The notes beneath the pieces are model-generated. The model was not told where the DNA came from and searched no databases. It saw only the letters and a program-made list of their open reading frames with translations. The position numbers were made by a program, and so were the translations under genes. Of a DNA stretch of 64,000 nucleotides, positions 38,614 through 47,583 are shown one piece after another. The DNA is taken from the IMG/VR virus record IMGVR_UViG_3300042402_007133; one strand, written 5' to 3'. This DNA is from an uncultured virus (IMG/VR IMGVR_UViG_3300042402_007133) (lineage: Duplodnaviria > Heunggongvirae > Uroviricota > Caudoviricetes). Numbering within the stretch: position 1 is the stretch's first letter; every line of letters begins with the position of its first letter.

Positions 38614-38863
38614 ACTTTCCTGCCATTCTTAAAAATTTTGTGTTGTCTATCAGATTAAACTTCATGTCGCTGAAAAAAACCAGCGGATATTCCAGCCAGT
38701 TGTTTATGCAATACATTATGATCTTCTTATCACCTATGTTTATGATGGTTTCCCTAGATGATGGGTTTTCTCTGAATGAATCTATTTCTATGAGGTCTGA
38801 CCTTTTTAACAGCTCTCCATATACTATGTGGGCTTTTGTTGGCCTGAATTTATTCATTAACAT
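38597..38863 (-). CDS. Hypothetical protein
   Basis: 88 aa ORF overlapping the ATPase start. Confidence 0.45.
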   Translation of the reverse strand: MLMNKFRPTKAHIVYGELLKRSDLIEIDSFRENPSSRETIINIGDKKIIMYCINNWLEYPLVFFSDMKFNLIDNTKFLRMAGKYVKLK

Positions 38864-38911
38864 TTGCCTTTTTCCGTGCTAAAATGATGATGTGCAAATA
38901 ACAATCTATAT

Positions 38912-40186
38912 ATGTTCTACGAAGCCTACGAACTCTTTGATAAGGGAAGATATCATGAATGTCTTCCGATGTTTAAGGAAATATCTGAAACGAGCAATGA
39001 TGAAAGGTTCATCTACTGGTCCCTGATACTGTTGGGCAGATGCCTAAATTCAACAGGAGGTGATCCACTCGATCATTTTATCAAAGCATATAACATATTC
39101 CCAGAAAGGGCAGAAGCGATCTGTGATATAGGAAACTACTACTTTGTAAGAGGAGATCTTACAAAAGCCGAGGAATTTCTAAAGATGACAATTGTCTGTA
39201 AAAAGCAGCACAGATGCATAAGATATGAATCAGAAAAGTATTTTGAAATGCCGCATGAGATCTTAATTGACATCTTCATGAGACAATCAAGATTTAACGA
39301 CTCTGAAGAGCTTTTAACAAGTCTCATAGGACATGGCAATAGGGCATTCTATGATGTAGCCAAAGCCGAACACAACCATCTGTACTCAAGGTTCTTTAAC
39401 AATGCAGCCATGGAATTTGTAAAGGCAAAGACGATTGAAAAGTCAGATACCCTCATAATACAGCTGCCAAATGGTTACGACGGGCTCGGTGACAATCTTG
39501 TGTTCAGCCACATACCAAGAATAGCAAAGGAGGTAGGAGGATTTAAGCAAGTCCTCGTGTCAAATCAGAACAGGTACAAAGGCCCCGGGTATGCAGAAAT
39601 TGCATGGGAAACAAATCCATATGTTGATGGGTTTACTGATCTTCCAGGAACATATTCATCGATCCAGGTGAATAGGGTCATGGACAAATGGAACAACATT
39701 CAACCGCAACTTAATTTGATGGACAGCATAATGCTGCTACATGATATTGATGATGGAAAAAGAGGACATGTTCCTGAATGTTACTACAAACCAGAGATAA
39801 TTGAAGAGCTGGGAAATTCTGTTGTAATAGATGCAGGATCAAAGACGATAGATCTTTCACTGATTGACCCAAAGAAGTTCATGTCAGTGTTGGAAAATAA
39901 TGAGATCTTTCCTGATTACATAATAACAACCAGCACATCATCAAAATCAATAGATCTTCCAGGCATAAAAGAAATATGCCCATCCTCAATAAAAGAATGG
40001 GCAAACATAATGTGTAGTGCCAAGAAATATGTGTGCTTTAATAGCGGTGGGTATTGGCTCTCATCTGCGTTGGGAGTTAGAGCGTGTCACATATGGATAG
40101 AGAGTAAAAATCTTCCTGCGTGGTCATATCTGGATCACGACAACATAAGAATACCGCTGTCTACCATTTCTCTAGAGGGCATTTAG
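38912..40186 (+). CDS. TPR-repeat protein fused to a GT-B/GT9-like glycosyltransferase domain
   Basis: N-terminal TPR-like helices (FIKAYNIFPERAEAICDIGNYY). C-terminal GLGDNL, WETNPYVD and CFNSGGYWLSSALG resemble GT9 motifs. Confidence 0.65.
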   Translation: MFYEAYELFDKGRYHECLPMFKEISETSNDERFIYWSLILLGRCLNSTGGDPLDHFIKAYNIFPERAEAICDIGNYYFVRGDLTKAEEFLKMTIVCKKQHRCIRYESEKYFEMPHEILIDIFMRQSRFNDSEELLTSLIGHGNRAFYDVAKAEHNHLYSRFFNNAAMEFVKAKTIEKSDTLIIQLPNGYDGLGDNLVFSHIPRIAKEVGGFKQVLVSNQNRYKGPGYAEIAWETNPYVDGFTDLPGTYSSIQVNRVMDKWNNIQPQLNLMDSIMLLHDIDDGKRGHVPECYYKPEIIEELGNSVVIDAGSKTIDLSLIDPKKFMSVLENNEIFPDYIITTSTSSKSIDLPGIKEICPSSIKEWANIMCSAKKYVCFNSGGYWLSSALGVRACHIWIESKNLPAWSYLDHDNIRIPLSTISLEGI

Positions 40187-40394
40187 CATCGCTAAGTCTT
40201 GCCTTAGCATCAAGAAAACACCCACATTGTAGGCATCTTGGTGACATTGATTCTGCGCTATAAAAGGTGCAACGTTGACAAGTATTCAGTCTATCATTGT
40301 AGATCGCATCTGATACTGTTATTGTTGTGAATGTTTCTTGTACCTTTTCAACAACAGTTGAAACAAGGTTCTTCTTTTTACAGTTACAGCCCAT
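40161..40394 (-). CDS. Small Cys-rich protein (DUF6171-like)
   Basis: MGCNC...RLNTCQRC...CLQCGCFLDAKARL..AKCPLEKW. Confidence 0.75.
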   Translation of the reverse strand: MGCNCKKKNLVSTVVEKVQETFTTITVSDAIYNDRLNTCQRCTFYSAESMSPRCLQCGCFLDAKARLSDAKCPLEKW

Positions 40395-40881
40395 TCTTAA
40401 ACTCTGAAAATGTTTTTATTCTTCTTGAAGAATCTAATGACTCCCCTGTTATCTTTTGTGGCTCTGACATGTTCTTTGAAGGACCAGGAACATAAAAGTT
40501 ATCATGGTAGCCAAGAAGCTGTACGTCTGTTATATCCCCGGTGTCTTGCACCTTTACAACAGTATCGGGATTAAGATCTATCTCCTCATTCTTTCCAGAT
40601 CTTATTGTCACTATGGACTGATTTCCCTTTTCATCTGCTGCAATCTTTATTATGACGCCCTTATGTAGTTCTTCTGATTTCCCATCGAATGGTTTTCCAA
40701 TTACAATCTCTCCTACATTTAACTGCTTTGAATAGTCAACGTCATTGAGATTATCTATTGCCTGAACGCCAGTGTCACGAATGTCACGTATCCTGATCCT
40801 AAATGCAGGATTCTCATAGTTTGAGTATGCATCCTGTGAGGACGTTTGAAATGGGAATGTACCCGACGTTAGTGATGACAT
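40384..40881 (-). CDS. Hypothetical protein (possible SH3-like barrel)
   Basis: 165 aa. Contains LNVGEIVIGK...KGVIIKI and a C-terminal RIKTFSEF motif. Confidence 0.55.
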   Translation of the reverse strand: MSSLTSGTFPFQTSSQDAYSNYENPAFRIRIRDIRDTGVQAIDNLNDVDYSKQLNVGEIVIGKPFDGKSEELHKGVIIKIAADEKGNQSIVTIRSGKNEEIDLNPDTVVKVQDTGDITDVQLLGYHDNFYVPGPSKNMSEPQKITGESLDSSRRIKTFSEFKNGL

Positions 40882-40884
40882 CTA

Positions 40885-41088
40885 TTAGTCCTCCTCAGGT
40901 GGATTTGTTCCGAGCTCAAAGAAGTGATGAGAAACATCCTCGAGATCATTATTGATGAGATCATCTGTTATGTCCGTCTGTATGTTGGTTGGCCTCCTCT
41001 TTGAATACTGGTGTATCTTCTTGAAGAAATCCACTGGAACCCCAGAATGAAGGGATTCATTTATCCATTGTTCAAACTTCTTTACCAT
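40885..41088 (-). CDS. Small protein with a T4 capsid-targeting-sequence-like N-terminus
   Basis: Begins MVKKFEQWINES and is preceded by the GATATATAC motif. Confidence 0.6.
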   Translation of the reverse strand: MVKKFEQWINESLHSGVPVDFFKKIHQYSKRRPTNIQTDITDDLINNDLEDVSHHFFELGTNPPEED

Positions 41089-41106
41089 AGCTATTTAATT
41101 TTGCTT

Positions 41107-43821
41107 CTAGTATATATCCCGCCTCAAAAATTCTATCCAGTCGTTTCCATCATACAATAAGAAAATGATGGATTTTACAGAAACTCCATCTCCATCGCCC
41201 CATACATCTGTCGATATGTATGTTCTCTGGGATGATCTATTATTTGCAAGAAGGTCACCATTTATCAACTGAAGACCTTTATACTCAGTTCCAATTGTGT
41301 TTATCTCCAAAATAAGAACCTGCCCTCTCTTTCCAGGAAATAATCTTACTGTGTAGTCAGATGACGCATCTCCTATGTCGTCTGGATCAAACTCTAACTT
41401 GTAATAACAGTCCCCTAAAACAAGCGGTATTGGATATTCAGAAGGCGATAAAACCACAGTGTTGATCTTAAACACTGCAGGATTTATGAAGTCCTCAAGT
41501 GATAGATCAACCTCCCTCTTTTTATTCCCACCAGGGCCTGTTGCTATGACAGGGCCAGTGGGTGAAACAGGATATGGCGTAAATGTATTTGAAAGTTCTC
41601 CACATTCCTTATAGACTATTGTTCTGTCTCCAAGGACCGTTGTTTTGTTTATCACCTGTGATTGGTTCTTCAAAACCACCGTTGTCACTGGATAGTCATA
41701 GGTTGGAATTCCAACATTAGTCTTGACCCCAGCAGCAGAAGTAGATACTCGTTGCTTTACAATCCTCTTTATGACTTGTCTTCCGTCCGGAGAAGGAGAA
41801 GGATCACAATACTCGGTTGTCTCTTCTATGGTCTCAGTAGCAGGAAGGCATTTGTAAAAATCCTTCCATGCAGGATCAGATGGTGAAGGATCTGAGTAGA
41901 TGTAGATCTTTTGAACAACTCTTTTGTATTCTTTGTATGCTATCTCAGGTGTGTCATACATCCCTGAGTTTACTATCGTACACAAATCTTCTCTAATCCA
42001 AGGATTTGCTACATAACCAAGGAAATTACTAGATTCAAGATCCTTTGCATTTGTGTAATACCTACCATTTCTTGTCCATTGTGCAGCGCTTCCAATAAGT
42101 GCAGGAACCATAAATATCCACGTCAAAAAGGAAAATATACTAGTATTTAATGAACCTGCGCTTGAATTTAATTGTATTGCATCAGAACTCCCATCATTGT
42201 ATACATAATCAACATAACCTATCGAGTTTATCCGTTCGGTTGTTGTTGATCCCAATGAGCCTGGAAGTAGATCCGGCTTAGTTATTATTTTTCTTCTGTA
42301 TTGGCTAACAGAGTCAGGAACAACCTTTTTCAGATCCGTTGATGTTTCACATTCTATTATGTTTACTGATGTTTGTGGAGATGAGAATGGAACTGTTATA
42401 AGGTCTAAGATTTCTTTCCCTGTTGTTTCATTCTTATACTGCTTAAATTTATAGAATGGAAAGAATTTTGGACCAAGAAATCTTTCTGGGTTTGCAGTCT
42501 CCAGGTATGGCGAAATATCATTTTTGTCTGCGGAAGATCTCTGAGCAACATACTGTATTAGATTTGACAGAAAGTATTTTCTTCTTGCTTTAATGAATCC
42601 GCCAGAAGTTTCAAAGTTTCCAGGTTCATCAACTGGACTCTGACCAGAGCCTTGATAGTATGTGGTCAACCTTGTCATGAACGTTGATGGACTGTTGGAA
42701 TAGATGTCTCCTGAATAAAGATCAGAAAGAGGCTCCCAATATATGTTGTCGTAGCTCATTAGAAAATTCGCAGACGGGCTTCCTTTTACTGCAGCCTGTG
42801 ATGCAATTCCGACTAACCAATTCTTCAGAACATTCAATTCAGTAAACCCAAATGCAGGTATCGTTGGTTGATTTGGAACAACGGACGATGGCACATAATT
42901 CTCAGATGCATTTCTAAGTGTTATGTCAGTTTTTAGCCATGCAAGAAGATTTGTTGAGTTAACATTCAATGATGCATTGTTTGTTGACTGCGCAAATATC
43001 ATTGCATTGTAGATGGTCTTTAAGACATCACTTAATTGAACATACGTTATTGCAGTTGTGTCATTTGTTGTTGGTGGATATATGAAATGCCCCCAACCAG
43101 TTTTCAATGAATTCTTTGTTGCAAAGTTTGATCTTAGGTAGGTTGGAACTGTCTGCTCATAGTAGAAACTCTTTTGACCAAGAAGGGATGTTGCAGTAAA
43201 GTCCTGATACTGGCCTCCTAGAGATGGATCAATAAGATATGCCTTTAGTGTAAAATGGAACTGCAGATTATTTATCTTTGTCGCACCAACTGTCCTTTCA
43301 ACAAGGTCTAGTTTGTCCACAAACATGACCAGTCTTATTCCAGGATCAGTTGATTCAAAAAGTCCTTGGTCAATTGTTTTTCCTGCCGGTTTTATGGAGT
43401 CCATGGCCAAATATGCAGCATCGACCCCAAGGTTTATGTTTGCAAATGATTGTAAAGATACAGCAGATATGTTCTTGCTTTGCACTGGATTTTTAGATCC
43501 GTTGTATCCTACCAATATGGAATTCATGTACCACAGATCTGAGATATTAGAAAGACATTTAAGGCCATCAAACTTAAAATGATACCTTCCATTGTGGTTT
43601 ATATCATAGATCAGATTGTTATTTAGGACACTCTCATCAAACAGGTACCACCTTCCATAAGCATTAGGTATATTGTTTTCATAAACAGGAGTGTCGCTAT
43701 AAACAAATGCACCTGTCTCATTTAAGGACTGGTTAAAAAGGGTATAGTCGCCGCTGACATCATAGCCAACGAGATAAAAATGTGAACCCGTTATTCTTAA
43801 AGATGGAACCTTTGATATCAT
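41107..43821 (-). CDS. Large putative virion structural protein
   Basis: 904 aa. C-terminal domain (FLLYDGNDWIEFLR) is shared with the adjacent 174-aa protein. Confidence 0.55.
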   Translation of the reverse strand: MISKVPSLRITGSHFYLVGYDVSGDYTLFNQSLNETGAFVYSDTPVYENNIPNAYGRWYLFDESVLNNNLIYDINHNGRYHFKFDGLKCLSNISDLWYMNSILVGYNGSKNPVQSKNISAVSLQSFANINLGVDAAYLAMDSIKPAGKTIDQGLFESTDPGIRLVMFVDKLDLVERTVGATKINNLQFHFTLKAYLIDPSLGGQYQDFTATSLLGQKSFYYEQTVPTYLRSNFATKNSLKTGWGHFIYPPTTNDTTAITYVQLSDVLKTIYNAMIFAQSTNNASLNVNSTNLLAWLKTDITLRNASENYVPSSVVPNQPTIPAFGFTELNVLKNWLVGIASQAAVKGSPSANFLMSYDNIYWEPLSDLYSGDIYSNSPSTFMTRLTTYYQGSGQSPVDEPGNFETSGGFIKARRKYFLSNLIQYVAQRSSADKNDISPYLETANPERFLGPKFFPFYKFKQYKNETTGKEILDLITVPFSSPQTSVNIIECETSTDLKKVVPDSVSQYRRKIITKPDLLPGSLGSTTTERINSIGYVDYVYNDGSSDAIQLNSSAGSLNTSIFSFLTWIFMVPALIGSAAQWTRNGRYYTNAKDLESSNFLGYVANPWIREDLCTIVNSGMYDTPEIAYKEYKRVVQKIYIYSDPSPSDPAWKDFYKCLPATETIEETTEYCDPSPSPDGRQVIKRIVKQRVSTSAAGVKTNVGIPTYDYPVTTVVLKNQSQVINKTTVLGDRTIVYKECGELSNTFTPYPVSPTGPVIATGPGGNKKREVDLSLEDFINPAVFKINTVVLSPSEYPIPLVLGDCYYKLEFDPDDIGDASSDYTVRLFPGKRGQVLILEINTIGTEYKGLQLINGDLLANNRSSQRTYISTDVWGDGDGVSVKSIIFLLYDGNDWIEFLRRDIY
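41110..41118 (-). promoter_or_regulatory. Putative late promoter motif GATATATAC
   Basis: At the end of the upstream gene, 21 nt before ATG 41088. Confidence 0.55.
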
Positions 43822-44342
43822 TGCACAGTGTATAAAAATCTACTTAGCTCTATCCAATTTAGGCCATCTGAAACAAAGAGCAATGATGCTCTGTTATATC
43901 CATTTACATCTGTTGGATCAACTACAATATCCGCATCATCCTTAAGAAGAATACAACCAGTTCCAGTTCCCAGAAGTTGATTTGCAACCATCTTCATTCC
44001 TCCTCCTACTATTCCAGAGGAAAACATTACAAGCATCAGTTTTGCTGGAGGCTGTGCAATATCAAATGTTACTTCAAAGTTATCAATGTTGTATATGACT
44101 GTAACTTCTTGATCCGCAGTTAGTGATATGTAAGAAGTACCCCCAGTAGATAGCTCATAAGGAGGAAGACCACTCTTTATCTCTATATCTAACGCATTGT
44201 CAAATGTCAGAGAGTTTATGAGAAGATCGCCTGTTATGTCAATCGTATCAGGAGTATCATCGACTCTTTGCGTCACATACGATACTTGGTTTGGATACAC
44301 TGGTATTCCATTTACCCAATATAGAGGTTCTTGAACTGGCAT
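43818..44342 (-). CDS. Putative structural protein (fibre C-terminal-like domain)
   Basis: 174 aa ending LLFVSDGLNWIELSR. Confidence 0.55.
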   Translation of the reverse strand: MPVQEPLYWVNGIPVYPNQVSYVTQRVDDTPDTIDITGDLLINSLTFDNALDIEIKSGLPPYELSTGGTSYISLTADQEVTVIYNIDNFEVTFDIAQPPAKLMLVMFSSGIVGGGMKMVANQLLGTGTGCILLKDDADIVVDPTDVNGYNRASLLFVSDGLNWIELSRFLYTVQ

Positions 44343-44344
44343 AA

Positions 44345-45955
44345 TTATGATGTTAGTATAGAGAACATGGATGTTGAGCTTTCGTATATCACCAATGTCC
44401 TATTTGCCGCAAGAGATGTTGATGAACCAGAATTTACTGTTACAGTAAATGAGTTTCCACCCGTGTTTGCTATTGTATACACATAAGCTTCTCCTGAAGG
44501 AGGATTGCTAGAAAGTGTATAGTCAACGGTATAGCCAGAAGAATTTGCCCCATAGAAGAGAACTTCATTTGCATTGTTTGAATCAAGGACATATGTTGTT
44601 GATCCTGATATTGATACTGGACCTACTGCTTGATATACTGGTTTTGTTGGACATGGACATGTTCCGGTTGGACCTTCAGTTCCCTGAGGGCCTTGTGCCC
44701 CTTGTGCCCCTTGGGCACCTTGCGCTCCTTGAGTTCCTTGTGTTCCTTGTGTTCCCTGGGCACCTTGCGCTCCTTGAGTTCCCTGGGCACCTTGCGCTCC
44801 TTGAGTTCCTTGGTTTCCTTGTGTTCCCTGGGCACCTTGCGCTCCTTGAGTTCCCTGGGCACCTTGCGCTCCTTGAGTTCCTTGGTTTCCTTGCACCCCT
44901 TGAACGCCTTGATTTCCCTGGGAACCTTGTGCTCCTTGAGTTCCTTGAACACCTTGATTACCTTGCCTTCCTTGTAAACCTTGAAGACCCTGGGGTCCTG
45001 TAAAACTAGATGCATCTCCAGCCGGGCCAGTTGGTCCAAAATTTCCTTGTGCACCTTGTGCACCCTGATTTCCTTGAAGACCCTGAATACCTTGTAGACC
45101 CTGAAGCCCCTGTAAACCTTGAAGTCCCTGGGCTCCCTGATTTCCTTGAAGGCCTTGATATCCTCTAACTCCTATTGATCCTTGTATTCCTTGAAACCCT
45201 ACATCTCCTTGAAGGCCCTGAAGGCCCTGAAATCCCTGAAGGCCCTGTATTCCCAGTGATCCAGAAGACCCTGGAGGCCCAGCAGGTCCTACACTTCCCT
45301 GTGATCCTTGTGCTCCTGCCTGTCCAGTTGGACCTGTTGGGCCTGTTGGGCCTCCAGCAGGACCAGTAGGACCCTGCGGTCCTGCGCCGCCGCCTGCACC
45401 AAATGGACCTTCATATGTGTATGCTGTTATGTAAAGGTCTCCAAGAGTTCCAGTTACACCAACCCCACTTGGAAGATCGCCATAAAAAGTTACTACGCCA
45501 GAATAATGATTGACCACCCATTCTCCAAGACCAAATGGTATCTCTATGAATGTTGATCCGTCTTTGTAGTAAAGCGATACTTCATACTCAGGACCAAACA
45601 TGTTAAAGTCCATTATGTTAAGGACTGGTTCTGATGTATTTTTGAATGCATAGTTTGATCCCATCTCGTATGCAAGCGGATGGTAGACCCACTTCTTTAT
45701 GGCCCATGGTCCTGTTGCACTTGAGTAAACATAAGAAGTTCCTGTTATGGCACCAGTTCCTGTTGGGTACAATGGATTGTAACCGGTTGGGCCTGATGTA
45801 GGAATCTGTTTTGCATTAGTCCAGATGTTTTCTGGAAAAATTATCAGATCTGATTGGTTTGATTCCTCAAACGGCAAAAGCCTCGTGTTTGTTGAAACCT
45901 TTGAGGCATTAAGCTGTTTGTACGAGAGGTCGCTCTTTTCTTCTGGTGTTAGCAT
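44345..45955 (-). CDS. Collagen-like (Gly-X-Y) fibre protein
   Basis: 536 aa with a roughly 240-residue G-X-Y tract (GPT, GAQ, GLQ, GTQ, GNQ) followed by CPCP and a small C-terminal beta domain. Confidence 0.9.
   Translation of the reverse strand: MLTPEEKSDLSYKQLNASKVSTNTRLLPFEESNQSDLIIFPENIWTNAKQIPTSGPTGYNPLYPTGTGAITGTSYVYSSATGPWAIKKWVYHPLAYEMGSNYAFKNTSEPVLNIMDFNMFGPEYEVSLYYKDGSTFIEIPFGLGEWVVNHYSGVVTFYGDLPSGVGVTGTLGDLYITAYTYEGPFGAGGGAGPQGPTGPAGGPTGPTGPTGQAGAQGSQGSVGPAGPPGSSGSLGIQGLQGFQGLQGLQGDVGFQGIQGSIGVRGYQGLQGNQGAQGLQGLQGLQGLQGIQGLQGNQGAQGAQGNFGPTGPAGDASSFTGPQGLQGLQGRQGNQGVQGTQGAQGSQGNQGVQGVQGNQGTQGAQGAQGTQGAQGAQGTQGNQGTQGAQGAQGTQGAQGAQGTQGTQGTQGAQGAQGAQGAQGPQGTEGPTGTCPCPTKPVYQAVGPVSISGSTTYVLDSNNANEVLFYGANSSGYTVDYTLSSNPPSGEAYVYTIANTGGNSFTVTVNSGSSTSLAANRTLVIYESSTSMFSILTS
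44663..45382 (-). repeat. Collagen-coding 9-nt-period repeat containing an exact 72-nt tandem duplication and five copies of a 25-nt core
   Basis: The 72-nt units start at 44745 and 44817. The core gggcaccttgcgctccttgagttcc occurs at about 44713, 44758, 44785, 44830 and 44857. Confidence 0.9.
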
Positions 45956-45958
45956 GCC

Positions 45959-45967
45959 GTATATATT
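45959..45967 (-). promoter_or_regulatory. Putative late promoter motif AATATATAC
   Basis: Context ATATATACGGCATG is identical to that at the gp13 start. Confidence 0.6.
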
Positions 45968-47583
45968 TAGTCTTCAAAATTAGCATCAATGGTCTGGAAT
46001 TGACCATTAGCATTTAATATCTGTAGCTTTGTATCGTCGTATGTGGTGTTTACGACGGTGTTAAAAACAAATGCATCCATAATATCAGAAAAATCAAGGA
46101 AGCTTGTCAATGAATCCTTTACATACAGAGCGGATGCAATCAATCCTATTTGGATTCCGTATGCAGGTGCAATTGTTGAATACAGGACAGATTCATTTGA
46201 TAGTATCCTGGAATTCTTTATTAACAATGCAGGGTTTTCATAGCCAAATCCAGGAGGTGTACCGCTGGTTATTGTGGAAACTATCTCTATCTTTTCCTGG
46301 CTAGGATCTGTGTCTGGTCTTGCCTGAATCATACAATCTTCGATGTGGACCACAGAAACCTCATCCATGGTTATCTTGTTAATGACATTGGTTCCTCTGA
46401 GTGATGCAAATGATCCATTGATTGTCAGATACTTTAGCTCAGAATTTACTGCCATGAGCCTTGATGTATCTGACATGTTTGTTGTCAAGAGTTGGACATT
46501 GCTAATCTTTCCTCCGACAACAGAAAGGCTTGAACAAACAAGTCTTATGTTTCCATTTGAGATGGTAAAATCGTTGCCCCTAAATTCTACTTTGCTGCCC
46601 TGACTAAAGATCAGTGATTGTGTTTCATCTCTAAATGACACATTCACGCGACCATAAAAGATGATGTTTATGTTAACACCATTTCTCACAATGATGTTAT
46701 CATTTATCTCGTAGTCTCCTGGATAAACTACTATGGTTGTATCAGTAAACGGTTGGGCATTTATGTCATTAAAGACGTTTTGAAGGTTGTTAAACCTTTC
46801 ACCTGCCTGTGTAAAGCTAGGAGATACCCAATACGTTTCGTCCGGATAATTAAATGATGTTGATAGCTGCGGAAGACCGAATGGCTGCCAATATGCTCCG
46901 TTTGTTGGATGGTAGCTGTTTGAGTTTATTGTTGATATGAAGAACTTACCGACATACTTTACAACATTCCACTTTAAGTATTGGGTCGATGACGACCAAG
47001 TCCCCTTATACCTTAAAGATAATGGGTCTGCATCGCCAGTGTTACCAGTTGGGCCGGTTGGACCTGTTGGGCCAACCTGACCAGGCTGAGGCGATCCAGA
47101 AAACTGGGATGATGTGTTTATCCCCTTTCTACCTACATATTTTATGAAGGTGACGTAGAGGCTAGACGGGTTATAGATTTGCGTTCTTCCTTCTGGAAAG
47201 AACAGTATTCCAGTATCATGATCAAAGAAGTAGTTGCCATCACCAAATGGAATTTCAATATAGCTTCCATTTGATGCCTTTATGTAAAACTTGTATTGGT
47301 ATGAACTGTCAAACCCATTTTCATAGCTAACAACATCATACACGGATGAAGAAGAGAATGCATTAGGAAAACCCTGTATCAATGACATTCTAACGTATTC
47401 ATACTTCTTTAGTATGACCTCATTCAATGCATTCTTATATTCTCCATTTGCATCAAACGTTGGAACCGTTGTTGGAATCTCATTTCCCTGTGACCATATC
47501 TGGCTGTTAAATACAGACGTTTGCGCTGGATTTGGGGACACAAATTTTGAGTATAGGAATTCTATTTTCTCTGAGTTTGTCAT
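45967..47583 (-). CDS. Fibre/spike-like paralog (shared N-domain, GPT linker, beta-helix-like C-terminus)
   Basis: MTNSEKIEFLYSK..., YFFDHDTGILFF, GPTGPTGPTG, YKGTWSSSTQY and FNNLQNVFN...VYPGDY. Confidence 0.65.
   Translation of the reverse strand: MTNSEKIEFLYSKFVSPNPAQTSVFNSQIWSQGNEIPTTVPTFDANGEYKNALNEVILKKYEYVRMSLIQGFPNAFSSSSVYDVVSYENGFDSSYQYKFYIKASNGSYIEIPFGDGNYFFDHDTGILFFPEGRTQIYNPSSLYVTFIKYVGRKGINTSSQFSGSPQPGQVGPTGPTGPTGNTGDADPLSLRYKGTWSSSTQYLKWNVVKYVGKFFISTINSNSYHPTNGAYWQPFGLPQLSTSFNYPDETYWVSPSFTQAGERFNNLQNVFNDINAQPFTDTTIVVYPGDYEINDNIIVRNGVNINIIFYGRVNVSFRDETQSLIFSQGSKVEFRGNDFTISNGNIRLVCSSLSVVGGKISNVQLLTTNMSDTSRLMAVNSELKYLTINGSFASLRGTNVINKITMDEVSVVHIEDCMIQARPDTDPSQEKIEIVSTITSGTPPGFGYENPALLIKNSRILSNESVLYSTIAPAYGIQIGLIASALYVKDSLTSFLDFSDIMDAFVFNTVVNTTYDDTKLQILNANGQFQTIDANFED

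Noticed and set aside
44515..45369. Repetitive alternative-frame ORFs (44515..45003 +, 44623..45063 -, 44630..44977 +) and a possible CRISPR-like array
   Set aside because: These are shadows of the 9-nt-periodic collagen coding sequence. There are no unique spacers between repeats and no cas genes.
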